Origin: Anthoceros angustus
Lineage: Eukaryota; Plantae; Anthocerotophyta
Direction: 5' to 3'
Length of the DNA stretch: 64,000 nt
Assembly: GCA_010909165.1 (NCBI GenBank)
Contig: MU008155.1
Coordinates: 682,001 to 746,000 of the forward strand
The translations under genes and the position numbers were made by a program. The notes under the pieces were generated by a model. That model did no database searches and was not told where the DNA came from. It saw only the letters and a program-made list of their open reading frames with translations. This document shows positions 1-12,414 of the stretch, piece by piece. Each line of letters starts with the position of its first letter. The stretch's first letter is position 1.

Positions 1-52
1 GTGTTTCATGTTGCATTTCTAGTGTTTCATGTTGCATTTCTAGTGTTTCATG
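1..52. repeat. 21-bp tandem repeat (gtgtttcatgttgcatttcta x~2.5) in an intron
   Basis: Directly visible at the window start, upstream of the acceptor at 76. Confidence 0.8.
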
Positions 53-76
53 TTTCATACGCTTCTTCCTGTGCAG

Positions 77-708
77 GTGCTTGGAGTCCCTCATATGCAG
101 ATGCTTTCTCATCCGACATGGCATCCCAGAGTGTCTGCATGGGATCTCTCTTTATGCACCTTCGCATCCAGCTCTCATAAAGCACTGGATGAATCTGGAA
201 GGAGTATATTCGAGTGTACTGTTGTTCTGAGAGACGAAGCCCTTACAATCGAGGGACTTGACGATTTGTCTGGAGAAGGCTTATCAACAAGCAAGCACAG
301 CTGCAGCGTGATGGAGCTGCCGTCGTTTTTGTTGTTCCAGGTGAGACAGTTGTTACATTCTACTTGCGCAAGTAATTGGATTCACGGTTTCCAACAAATG
401 TTTGGGCAATGATCGGCAGCCGCATACCCCTGCAGGTTGCGTCTCAGCTTGTCCAATGGCTCCAGGAAGAAGCATCCGGAATGGGGCTGGATGTGGAAAA
501 AAATCACCTGGGTATCAGGTTTTCTGTTCCGAAGTATAGCAGTGATGTGGCAATACTGGCGACCCTTGATCATCGTCAGCATTGTGTTAACTGGGAGCTG
601 ATGATTAGGTCCGGTGAAGATAAAGAAATAGACCATACATTTATAGGGGCTGCATCTGCGGAGTCTCTAAGAACGCTAATTGTCCATATGTCAAGTTTTA
701 TCGACTAA
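77..708 (+). CDS. MED17: Mediator subunit 17, last two exons (77-340, 436-708); 5' part lies outside the window
   Basis: The GT-AG intron 341-435 joins two ORF-track frames into VPHMQMLSHPTWHPRVSAW...LPSFLLFQ|VASQLVQWLQEEA...CVNWEL. This matches the remembered plant MED17 C-terminus (VPYLHLISHPTW..., LQQVASQIVCWLLEEA). Confidence 0.8.
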
Positions 709-1054
709 TTGAAAAGAAGGCCAGGGTAAAACCAAACGCAACTAGTGATCCATGTGAAAGGATACGTTGGCTTGCGTTTTTGCAAACAGAAAATGCGAAA
801 ATACACAACAAGCAACAAGCTTGAGTGCCAGCGTAACAAGAGCTACAGCCTTGTGATCTGGCGAGATAACGGCTGGCCTCCGCTTCCAGGTGCCTAACAG
901 AGCATGGAAGTGTTTTCAACGCATCCAAGTCACCTGTAAAAACCAAAGGAGGATTGTCTTCCCACACCATAAGATGGAGTAACTTGCGCAGCCGTCGTCG
1001 GGAGCTGAAGAAGCGTGGCCCTAGAAGGAAATGCGAGGGCACTCCTATCGTCCA

Positions 1055-1724
1055 TCAATCCAGATCCAGGATTCCCAAATTGGAGACTATAATCTTAAGC
1101 TGGTCGACAAAGTTGGCTCCAGTTGCATATTCCGTCAAGAGGCCGACTGCAATCCCGAACATTGTCCACCTGCAATGGCCACAACGCCGAGTGTGAGTCA
1201 GAAAGCTTAGAAGCAGGCGGTGTGTGTGACATAGCATACAGCCCGCTGCGTTCCTCCTACCTGCCATTCCTAATCTCATTGGTTCTAGTCCATCCGAAGA
1301 TTCGTCCCTGCTCCGCCTGCTGCTCATATTTCCTGTCCAGGAAGTACTCTTGCAACTCCTTGGCCTTTTGCCTCTGGAACTCAACGGTGACGCCGGAGGT
1401 GGAGGCTGCCGGGGTCGGGGGCGCAGCGGAGACGGAAGGGGAAGGAGCCGGAGCCGGAGCCGGAGCCGGGGCTGGGGTGGCAGAGCTGGAAGGCGGGACA
1501 GGAGCCGTCGGCGAGGGAGGCGGGGACAAGGAGGGAGCTGAAGGCCTGCGCAGGCCCGGACCGTCCGCCTTGGAGCTCCTCACCACCAGCAGCCGCTGCG
1601 GCGACGACATGCCGGCATCCGCCACCTTGATCCTGGCAGCGTGCAGTGGAGACATTCCGGAGTCGGGGGAGAGAGGGGCCAGCTTCGCCAGCACCAGGCT
1701 CCTCGATGCCGTGGCTGCCGCCAT
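1055..1724 (-). CDS. OHP2: One-helix protein 2 (LHC-like, chloroplast); exons 1724-1261 and 1169-1055
   Basis: Transit-peptide-like N-terminus, Pro/Ala-rich linker, VTVEFQRQKAKELQEYF, and the chlorophyll-binding helix NEIRNGR|WTMFGIAVGLLTEYATG...LGILDLD joined across a 91-bp GT-AG intron. Confidence 0.95.
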
Positions 1725-1932
1725 GGCTGCTGCTTTCCTGCGTATTGAGCCTGCCTGCGAAGCAAGCAAGCACCAAAGTCTGCTCCTAGGATTGGCAGGA
1801 ACGTTCGCTGCAGCAACGAAGGCAGCTAGATTGTGAGGTTTGCGTTGGAGCGCGTGCTTGCACCCGGGCGTCGGGATAAAAAGGGAGTGGCGTACAACAA
1901 CATCGGCAGCGCCAGAATGGCGGGGCCCCTGG

Positions 1933-1939
1933 CCTTATC
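1933..1939 (-). promoter_or_regulatory. I-box (GATAAGG) upstream of OHP2
   Basis: Exact light-response motif about 210 bp upstream of the ATG of a photosynthesis gene. It is short and could be chance. Confidence 0.3.
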
Positions 1940-2301
1940 AAAGGAACCACAAGCTCCAGCCCAGCCCGCCTTTTTATTTCCCCTTATGACGAAGCCGGCA
2001 GCCAGGAGCTTTAGATTCACATATTGTACAGGGACTGGCAGGCTGCGATGCACATCAGGAGTTGGGCTAACTACGTACATCCTGGTGCAAAAAATAGGTC
2101 CAAATGGCCAAACCTCGAAGCGCTCGTCTAATCCTAAACTCTACTCATGAGGTACACTACTGCAACAGTTCCGACGCCGTACACTCCAATTCAATGGAAT
2201 TCAGACTACCGATGTAAGAATGAAGAGAGAATGATGCAGGAGTCTGGAGCTCAACGCTTGTATGTACCAGCAGCCCTCCAGGAGTTTCAGTGCCTAGGTA
2301 T

Positions 2302-5300
2302 CTACGTTGCTGCAGCAGAATTGCAGCAACGTGTGGTCTTCGGGCGGGCTGTGCATGAGCCACCTGAAAGCCTCAAGCCCAGATCTGCCTCCCCGTCGTC
2401 ATCAGCACCCTCCTCTGCAACAGTGACCCTATCTACTCTCGGTCTTGAACTCTTGTAGGCCAGGCTACTGGGCACGAAACTTATTTTCCGCCCACCATTG
2501 GGATCGCTGATTGCCTGCAAGCTTATTCGAGCCAAAAGAGAAGGCCCATCCTTGCGACTGGGAGGAGCCAAGATTTCTTTCCCTGTAACAGTGGTCTTCG
2601 AATTGGGAGAGCTCGTCTCGCGGGACCATGAAACAGAAGCATATGGCCACTGCCACCCATTCGGCTGGCTATGCTGCTGGGCCACTTGGTTAAGATCCGG
2701 AGGCTCGTCGTCTAGCACAATTACTTCCTTCGGCTGCAAAATGCCCACCTTCAGTCCTAAGTGCTTGTCCGACTCCTTCCTACCCAGACCGAAGTCATAG
2801 AACTTGTGGCCACCGTCTTGTGGGAATCCTGCGACACTCACTGGCAGGCCCTGGCTATTACGATCCCCACAACACTCTGCTTGTTCTGCTGAGTTTCTCC
2901 AGGCAACGGAACTCTGATCGTTCATGGACAGAACCCCTTCATATGTATAGCCTGCTGAGCTACGACCATTAGATGCTCCACAAAAATCAAGTCTAGTGTG
3001 CCCAGAAAGGGAAAGAGACCCACTGTCCCTGGTGAATGCCCCCCCATTCGCATCGACAGGTGGAGATATCAAACTGCAAGTTAAATCTTTCTCCGCCAGC
3101 CTTCTGGACGAAGTCTTGAGACGACTGGAAATGTCCAATCCAGGTGAGGCGCTGACAGCGGCACCCATGGGCTTCAGAGGCGACAAGTTCACCCCACTTT
3201 TCAAATAACCTGCTTCTACGCCATATGGTAGGTCAGAAAGCACCTGCGCTCTTGCATACTCTCTCAGCAAGGAACTGTTTGACTGAATACCGCTTGCTTG
3301 CGCTTGAAGCATATGCTTGCCTGGGAGCATCTTGTTTAAAAGAGAACCAGCTTCCACCCCTTGACCATTCAACTTCTGGATTGTCGCGGTCACTGCCGGC
3401 GTTGGATGGGGCTGCAATCCCTTCTTGAAAGCAGCTTGGATGTTACTCACATTCATAGGATACTGCACTGGAGACTCTCCAGGCAAACTGAGCTCTTCCT
3501 GCCGCTCTTGAAACAATGGAGGCTGCAGGTCTAGGGGTTTCAAGCGCTTACCTTGCAAAAATCCATCCCGTGACAAAGGAGAGCCCACAGGAGCAGAGCT
3601 AACCTGTTCTTGACCGTGTACTGATTCCTCTCCCAAATCCCAAAGTGATCTCTCACAGGTATGCGAAGGTGCATGCCAATTCTCAGAGCATCTCGCCACT
3701 GGTGCTTGCACGACATGTACTACAGCCCCATTCTCACGAGATTTAGGGTTGTCACTCACATCTGTTGGATTTCTTGCACAGAATTCCTCGACGTCACGCG
3801 GGTGCTTGCCTCTAAAGAACCAAACATCTCGTGCTCGTCCGCTAGTTGGTTTATCCTCGTTCAGGTTGGGCAACTTTTCCCCGCGCCTTCCATCTACAGT
3901 GAGGGAGCCCAAAGCAGCTCCTTCCTGTCTCTCACAACTGGGTTCTGGTGTCAAACAATTGTCTTCTGTGACGGCTGATGCATTGCTTGATGCCAATTCT
4001 TCTCCCTGGGCATCATTCACAGCCATTTTGACACTCACATCATCTAACTTTGGTTGCACCGCTGGCTGAAACTCTTGAGCAGGATGTGACCCAAGTTGCG
4101 CTGTTGCAGGCTTCTCTCCAACCACTGGATCCATCGATTCAGTAGTATCACTCAAAAGGTTGCAAGGAGAAGACTCCTCTCCTGTACCCTTGTCACAGAC
4201 TCCTGTTTTATCTGGCGTGATGCAAGATGGCTGGGATCCTCCTGGTTCTACATCCATGGCTGCAACCTGAATGTCAGATACCTTGTTCAGATCCACGGAG
4301 TCTGATTTCGAAACAGGTATGGATATAGGCTCAGGTTCTGTCACACACGCAACAATCGCCAACTGCTCCTTGTCAACCGCCTCTGTTATCTGCACATTCT
4401 TCTTTCGCTGCTTGGCTGACACTTCATTAACTGCAGGTACATTCTCCTGTAAACACTTTGCTTCCAAACTTCTTGGGACTTCAACAGGATGGGCCCGCTC
4501 TGAACCTCCTCCAATGGCCTGTTGTGCATCAGACAAATTTGAACACTGAGCAATCACAGACCCCGCATTCTTTAAACGAGCCTTAACTTTCCTATCACCA
4601 TCAACTGGGAACTTCGGGACAGCACACGCTTGAGAGCCACCATGCCCCTTCTTCAGTCTTAAATAGTCCATCAGCCCTTTAGGGAAAGAGAGATTCTGAT
4701 TTCCAGCGCTCCGGCCTTGTCTGTTCAGGGCCTGCTCATCTAAACTTCTTGGGATGAATGACTTTCGTGCATGCTTAGATTTTCTCACATTTCGGAAGCC
4801 TGAGCCATCAGAATCACTGCTCACTGGCATTTCTGCAAAATAATGCCAATCATAGATTGTAAGTAGCAAGATTAACAGGCTTGGTAAATGCTCGACCACA
4901 TACAGTATTTATCCGCGGGATCTGCAGCACGAGGGTATCTGGCTGCCAGAATTACCTCAGGTTAGCTAGGGATTAAATCAAGGGCCTTGGTAAGCATTCC
5001 AAGATTTCTCACTGATCCATCCCTGACAATACCTTCAGTTCTAGCTCTACAACAGCAGGTTCAAACTGGAGGCCTTTGAGGCGTTGGTACCATGCAGGCA
5101 CGTAACAGTCCTAGGGGTCATTCATTCCACACCTACGATCAAGATAGCAGAACGTAAGCTTACTTTCACATCTACTTGTTTCCCACAATCAGCAAGGGAC
5201 ACGGACTCATGCCACTTCCACGGCATGTTGTCATCATGTTATTTGTTCGATAGGTGATGGAGAACCTACTGTGTGGCTGTAACACCAAGGACTCAGCGTA

Positions 5301-8300
5301 GGATGTAAACAACCACAGTTCGTCTGAAGACATCTTGAGAAGGAGGAACTTACAGCAACAGGATGGTGAAAAGTTACCTTCTGAGGAAGCAGAAACTCTT
5401 GACACACCCTGAAACCCTGGAAGTTTGTGCAATCCATTATGTAACCGTTTCCTGCCAGAATGCTTTCGTAGTTCTTCAGGTGTGAGGGCCAACTCCCTGC
5501 TGGTATTGGACAGTCCCCTCTCATCTGCCGAACTATCCACGAGCTGCACACCTGTCCCCTCGTACTCATGTGTCCGCACACTGTGCTGTGGTTCATTACT
5601 TACCGCCGATACAGCCCTGCACTTTGTGGCCTCTACAACCTTTAAGCTCTGTACCGGCCTGGCAGGAGCCACTCTGGAGTGTGCAGAATCGAGCAGTCCT
5701 GTGACTTTTGATATCTCACTCCTCATGCCAATCTGAAAGTTACTGGGCAAAGTCCGTGTGAAGTCACTCTCCGAAACATCTGCTCCATTTGCCTTGGCCT
5801 TCTTCATTTGCTGCTTGACCAACCGATACTTCAGTAGAAAAGAATACAAGGATTTCGTAGTTGTGTCTTGCTGTGGCTGTGGCGGAGTTCTCGAAGGAGA
5901 TCCTTTCACATCCCGTGCACCATGTGCTATGCCACCTTGATGACTGGCTGACGTTCCTGAGCTCAGATGGCTTGGCAGCATCTGTGTCTGCTTTCGCAAC
6001 AATACCTTCTCAATAAGACTTCCAGGAATGGGCTCATGAGTTGAAACAAGGCCGTTGATCACTCTGTGAGTATCTGTCCTCTGAATAGACTTGCCTTTGT
6101 TCTGCATCCCACCAACGTCACTCTGAAACCTGCCACTGTCCTGACGACTACTTTGCTCCTTCTCGATATCCTTTTGGACATCACTTCCAGCGAGAACCAT
6201 GATCTGCTTTCCTCGTTGGAAGGGGGAGGGTCGAGGCTTCCTACTTGATGGATCTTTTGGAGGTTTGAGGCTCATGCTGATCCTCTGCAATGCTGCACTG
6301 TCTTTCGCACTGTCTTTCCCTGACAACTTCTCCCCATCGCTGCTACTATCCGACAGGTTCTTCGGTAAGCTGCTTCCCGGCAAAACAAGTATCTGTTTCC
6401 CAGCTGAAAGGCCTCTATCAGTCTCCTTGCCAGTCCCTGAAGAAAGTTGTTCCGATGGCCACTTTGGCTGAACAAAACAGGGAAGCAGTCTCTGCGGATC
6501 GGCGGAGCCATCGACATCAATTGTGGAATCACACTTCCCTGACGCTTCATCCTCCATGGGTTTGCACTCATCCTTGTCTTCGCTGCGAGCAGCCTTCCCT
6601 CGCTTGAAGCCAGCAAATTTCTTCCTGTAATAATTAACATATAAATGATGCTCGCACAGCTTATGATCCTTAGCAGCCTCTCTGTCACACTGCCATGATT
6701 CCTTAACCTTACGACTGCACCTCCGGTCTTTCCATGGTGTGCTTGTCGGAGTCCATTGCTGCACAGTTTGTCCTTCACGCGACGTGCACAATCGGAGCAG
6801 ACTATGATTGGCACCCCGAGTAGGCAGTTCACCATCTCTCTGGTGTACAATCCTGGCCAGTTCACTCGGCTTCAGACTCTGGGCAAGGCGAAGGCTTGCT
6901 AGCGTAGCAGCTAGACGATGGCGACTACTTTGCTCCTTCTCGATATCCTTTTGGACATCACTTCCAGCGAGAACCATGATCTGCTTTCCTCGTTGGAAGG
7001 GGGAAGGTCGAGGCTTCCTACTTGATGGATCTTTTGGAGGTTTGAGGCTCATGCTGATCCTCTGCAATGCTGCACTGTCTTTCGCACTGTCTTTCCCTGA
7101 CAACTTCTCCCCATCGCTGCTACTATCCGACAGGTTCTTCGGTAAGCTGCTTCCCGGCAAAACAAGTATCTGTTTCCCAGCTGAAAGGCCTCTATCAGTC
7201 TCCTTGCCAGTCCCTGAAGAAAGTTGTTCCGATGGCCACTTTGGCTGAACAAAACAGGGAAGCAGTCTCTGCGGATCGGCGGAGCCATCGACATCAATTG
7301 TGGAATCACACTTCCCTGACGCTTCATCCTCCATGGGTTTGCACTCATCCTTGTCTTCGCTGCGAGCAGCCTTCCCTCGCTTGAAGCCAGCAAATTTCTT
7401 CCTGTAATAATTAACATATAAATGATGCTCGCACAGCTTATGATCCTTAGCAGCCTCTCTGTCACACTGCCATGATTCCTTAACCTTACGACTGCACCTC
7501 CGGTCTTTCCATGGTGTGCTTGTCGGAGTCCATTGCTGCACAGTTTGTCCTTCACGCGTGCACAATCGAGCAGACTATGATTGGCACCCCGAGTAGGCAG
7601 TTCACCATCTCTCTGGTGTACAATCCTGGCCAGTTCACTCGGCTTCAGACTCTGGGCAAGGCGAAGGCTTGCTAGCGTAGCAGCTAGACGACGATGACTA
7701 TTTCTACCCTCGGAAGAAGTGCCTGCACCTTGCTGAGCATCCAAAGAACCTTCCTTCTGCCTGTCAGCTGCTCTTACAGCATGCCTGTTGGTATAAGCAG
7801 CATGACGTTTGGTAAAAGCTGCCTGTCGCACTGAAAGTGCAGCCTGCCAATTTGGATAACCAGGCCTCCGTCTGACTGTCAATGGCTTGACAACGTTGCA
7901 CAGTGGCAGCGTTGTGAGCTGCTTGTCCTGGGCTGCTGCAGGCAGAGGACGTAAGGTGTCAGTATAGGGCCCTCAACCCGGACTTTCTTCAGCTGGACGT
8001 TACTGGGCCCATACCTAGTAAGGACTACCCTCTAGATACAACACCTTCCATGTCTACGTGACACTACTCATACATTGCAAAATGGATAAATTAATGAAGC
8101 TGCATCGCACACTTCAAACCAGCCATAGCCAGGCATCGAACACTCCCAACAATAATCAAACGAGATTAGAACCGGGTGTGTTTTCGAGATTGGCACTATT
8201 CGCGAAGACCAGTCAACTACATTCAAACGGTTCGTTCCATTTTTACAAAGAGCTGGTGGACTACAAAGCTCACCTGGGACGTCCATAGAAGCTTTAGCGG

Positions 8301-9374
8301 CATCCGATCGACGTTCTTCATCAGCCGTTGAAGGCTCCGAGATGACATCAGGTACAGTTGAAACTGGAAGGGTAGCGGGCGGCTCTACGACAGCCATTCT
8401 GGACTCCTCTTGAATGCTGTCGTTCACATTCGGAAGTCTTGGATCACGTGCGACTGGAGTTGGCAAATATTCGGGCACCTGTTTCAACACCATGGTCTCG
8501 AAATCACAGTCACTGTCATCGTCCACGGTGGGTCGTGGCCTCTTCTCCGGTTCATAAGATGATCGTCTCCCATCCACATTCCGAGTTGATTCATCGCGTT
8601 CAAGGGAGGAGTCTGACTTCCTTTTGCGTGAACTCCCTGCAGCACTCGACAACGTTAATCAGCCACCTCCAAGTCGGAAATGCAAAGCAGGTACAATGCG
8701 GATGGAGGCAATCAATATCCGGAGAACGCAATCTTAACAGTTGTACTGACGTTAGGTCTACATCAGAAACAACATCAGGCATTGCAATCCCATGCACGTA
8801 CACAACACAGGCAACGGATTCGTCCTCTCGATACATATACACAGCAAAACGGGCCGATAGGCCCTGCCTGCACTGCACGTACACCCCCTGCAAGAAACAT
8901 GCGCCACGATAGACACGCATCGATCACCAACCAGCAGCACGTACCTGCTTCTCTGGAAGGGAAGGAGGACTTCTGTTCGTCGATCACTTCTTGAGGCACG
9001 CTACTCTTCTTCCTGTTATCCCCATCATCCGGAGCCTCCTCCAGCGCACTACACAGCATGAAGGTCCCCCGAGTGAGTTCAAAGAAGTAGGAACTCTTCC
9101 TCAGCCGCTTGATAGCCTCGTTCTCCAATTCCAGATTCCTGTGAGCCTTCCTGGCCCTCTCCTGCATCTTTCCCCCGTTGGACGGCAGCATCAACCGCTT
9201 CTCGAAAATTCGTGACAGAGCCTCCCTCCCGGACATGGGAGTCTTTCCAGACTCGGCGAACACGACATAGAGGGAGTGCATAAGAGAGCCCGGTTGCTGA
9301 TGCGCCGGGTCACTGTCCAAGCCTTCTTGTTTCCCTTTCCCCCCGCCCCGCGTAGCCATTGGCTTGGGAGGCAT
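2302..9374 (-). CDS. Large putative chromatin/transcription protein with N-terminal HARE-HTH and WRC-type C3H zinc finger(s); exons approx. 9374-8945, 8636-8274, 7935-5378, 4832-2302
   Basis: Phase-compatible GT-AG junctions link four long ORFs. Exon 1 GSLMHSLYVVFAESG..MSGREALSRI..LRKSSYFFELTRGTFML fits the HARE-HTH pattern. CSRKVKESWQCDREAAKDHKLCEHH is C-x9-C-x10-C-x2-H (WRC). An apparent 1-nt frameshift near 7568 lies inside a 777-bp duplication. Confidence 0.75.
6145..7696. repeat. ~777-bp near-identical tandem duplication (6145-6921 / 6922-~7695) covering the WRC finger
   Basis: Identical ORF-track peptides at 6290 and 7067 (offset 777). I noticed only one SNP and two small indels between the copies. 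Confidence 0.95.
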
Positions 9375-10153
9375 CCTGCCAGAATCTATCTAAGATAACC
9401 TTGCTCCTGCCCCTCCTGCACGATTGGCTCCGCACGACTGACACTCACGAGACCGGCACCACGCACCCTGCACGGCCCCAACGCTCCGCCCTCATCAAAC
9501 GCCCACCACCAGCTCCGCGAGCCATAGTCCGCACCCACAAGCGCACCCCACGCCCAGGATCATGCCATGCCCCTTATACCCCTCCTGCCACGCTAAGCAT
9601 TCCCAGAACGACAGATGCCACTTCGGGCCGGCCACCTTCCGGGCAATTCCCCGAATCTCCCACCGAGCATCCGGCGTCGGAAACCCGAAATTGCAGCTCC
9701 CCGGCGGGCCGGGGGCAAGACATGGCCCTGCAGCATCAAAGACGGGGCATCCTGCAGGTCGGTGCAGGCCGGGCGGAGCTGCTGCAGACCCGGCCCCGGC
9801 TCCTCCCAGCCCGCCCTAACAGATCCGCAGGAAATCGCAGGCCCCGGCAGCAGCAGCTGCGAGAGGGAGCCTGCAGGGGGCCAAGAGAGGCGGAGGGAAG
9901 GCCAAGAGTCGAGGAAGAGATGTGGGAAGCGGCGGCGGCGGCAGCAATTGGCGGCGCAGAGCGCGGGGGGAAGGCGCCGGGAAGCGGAGAGGGCGGCGCT
10001 CGGAGATCAAGACGGGGTGCCTGGTCCGAGCGCCGAGAGAGCGGGGTCCCGGAGGAGAAAGAAAGGCGGCCGCCCTGCAGCAGAGCAGAGAGATGCAGGC
10101 GAGCAAGAGGGAGGAGAGGAGAGGCCGCTGCAGGCCAGGAGAGGAGAGCAGCG

Positions 10154-10194
10154 GAGTGGAGTGCAGTGGAGTGGAGTGGAGTGGAGTGGAGTGG
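10154..10194. repeat. (GAGTG)n pentanucleotide microsatellite
   Basis: About 8 units directly visible. Confidence 0.9.
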
Positions 10195-11589
10195 AGGGGG
10201 GAGAGAGAGAGAAAAGAGGAGGGAAACCTTTGGTGGGTAGCTGGCCTGGCCTGCGTCTCCCTGTCACCTTGCGCTGTGAGATTGTGAGAGAGGAGGCCAG
10301 GCTTCTTGTATTCTACTCGCACGCCAGCTCCCCGTCGTCAGCCTTGCCCGCCCTCACCGATCGCGCACCCAGCCGCCCGCTCGACTCGTGAACCTTGCAA
10401 ACCGGGCACAAAGAATGGCTGTGCGGATGCACATCCGTCTAGAGTCTAGACCACTGCGCAAGAGGAAAGCAGAGCAAAACGTGAGGACCGCGCCATGCAG
10501 CGGTGTGGCAAAGACTGTGCACAAGCTTAAGGAACGGTAGGACTGCAAGGGAGGGGAGGAATTCTGGCGACCTGCACTCACCTCTTAAGCTCGCTGCAAG
10601 ACGGTACGGGCTTCAAGAGCGAAAGGGATGGACTGCCTTACTTTAAGCTGCAGCGTAAGGAAAACGTGAGGCAGAGTGGGGCCGGTGAGCGGCTGGGACT
10701 GGATACATGGCCTAGGTTTTGGATCCTCTCACAAACGTGGCCAGGCGATGGGTGGAATCCATGGATCTGGGGAGTGGAGGAGTCGGAGTTGAGTTGCAAG
10801 CAAAGTGAAGGAAAGGGAAGCCAGGAGAGGAAATGCGGAGGGGGAATAGAGCGGGCGAGGAAATGGAGAAGCTGGCGGGGGGCATGTATTTGCGAGCTTT
10901 GATAAACGCTGGAGTGACTATATCGTACGCGCGGGTAACGTGCGTCCCCGTTGAAGCACATTTTATGGACTGCCTCTGCAGCGGTTATGTTCGTACTAGA
11001 TGCTCGGCTTCGAAGCGGATGGCGGAAGAAGAAGCATCTTGGTATCTGGTGTATAGGGAGGGCCGGCAAGCAAAGCAACCTTCTACTATTGGCTTCATCT
11101 CCATCAGCGTTGCTCCAAGATTGAAGTGCTTGTTCCCTTGAACGTTCCGATTCCGATTGTGCGTGCAGATGCATGCACACACGGCAGGTTGTCCCCCCTT
11201 GTCCTTGCATCAGAGTTGCGGTGTCACATGGCGTGCAATTTCAGCTGATAGGAAGGGGCCACTAGCGCACTCATGAATTCCTGCTTTGGCGCTCGTACTT
11301 TGAAGCTGCAGCTTGCAAATGTATGCAGAATGCAGTCTGGTAGCAGGCCTGGGGCCGCACTGCCCCAGGGCCAGCCCAGGCCAGCCAACGCCAGTAGGTG
11401 CGATGCATGCTATACACAAGAGGCTGTGCTCTACAGCGATGTCCGTCACCAAGTGCAGGCATCCTTGACCGTAAGTGCACGTCTGCATCGACGGTGGAAG
11501 CACACTTGCTGGCACCAGCAATCGTAACCTACAGTGGCATCGGGATTGAACATTTGCGCCACCTTGTTGAAGTTCTTGGAAAGAAGTTG

Positions 11590-11700
11590 CTTGCAATGGC
11601 AATAACTTTTGGAAGGAGGAGCGCCTGCGATACATTTTCAAGAAAAGGTTGCCACAGGGAAGTTGCATTAACTCTTCGCCTTAAACTCTGGCTGGACTCG
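11590..11700 (-). pseudogene. Possible decayed RING-H2 domain fragment
   Basis: Stitching frames gives EFK-GEELMQLPCGNLF-KCIAG..KSYC.CKQ, resembling the RING-H2 pattern 'EF..GEE...LPC.H.FH..CI..WL....CP.C'. It needs at least 2 frameshifts. Confidence 0.3.
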
Positions 11701-12200
11701 ATCAGATCTGCCAGGACGCGCATTGATCTTGGATCACAGTATAGGCGTATGCAGCGTCCGCAAATGTGTGCCGGCACGCCGCAATCGGCAATGTGACTCA
11801 TGGGACGGAGTCCAGCGGACTCGCTCTGCTTCTTCTCCTCATAGGGTTATACCGCTATACCACAGCAACGCAGGATCGCCTTCTTCCGAACAGGGATGTA
11901 GCTTCGTTGTCCTCCCTTGGTCAGTCAATAAGCGAAACTTCGTATTCTTGGAGGACGTATTTTTAGTCATGCGCCGACGCAGTACAACGAGAGTTGCATT
12001 CGTTATGAACCTGGCCGTCTATTACGGGCCATATGTATGTCGCTGGCCCTTCATGTATTATATATAATACTTACACATTCGGTAAGCCATATCTGCTTAA
12101 CTTCAATCCTGGAGTGCGAAATTATAAATATTAAACTATGTTTAAACTTACAAAGTGAGGCAACCCGTCCCACTGGGATGTAGGTTATTTTGAACTTATG

Positions 12201-12414
12201 GAGTGGGACGTAATCAGGAGGTCCTGGAGTGGGCCGCAATCAAAAGGTCGGACCATCTATAGCGAGTCGATTCTACATACAATCTATTTTAAGTGCGGGC
12301 ATCAGTGGGACGCAATCAAGAGCAGAAGTGGGGCGCAATTAAGAGGTGGGAGTCGTGGCGTGACGGGTGGCTCTGCGTCCCCGAGGAGCCGTTTGAGTGG
12401 GCCCTGTATTAAAA
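12201..12414 (+). repeat. Dispersed ~19-bp motif AGTGGG(A/C/G)CGCAAT(C/T)AAGAG, about 5 copies
   Basis: Copies near 12201, 12228, 12304, 12327 and 12395. Confidence 0.6.

Noticed and set aside
9359-10391. Long overlapping ORFs (293 aa, 258 aa)
   Set aside because: GC-rich, low-complexity 5' UTR/promoter region of the HARE-HTH gene with a microsatellite. No domain motifs and open in several frames.
10985-11182. Short ORF with PIVEGCFAC, reminiscent of a queuine tRNA-ribosyltransferase zinc site
   Set aside because: Remaining ligands and flanking exons were not found.
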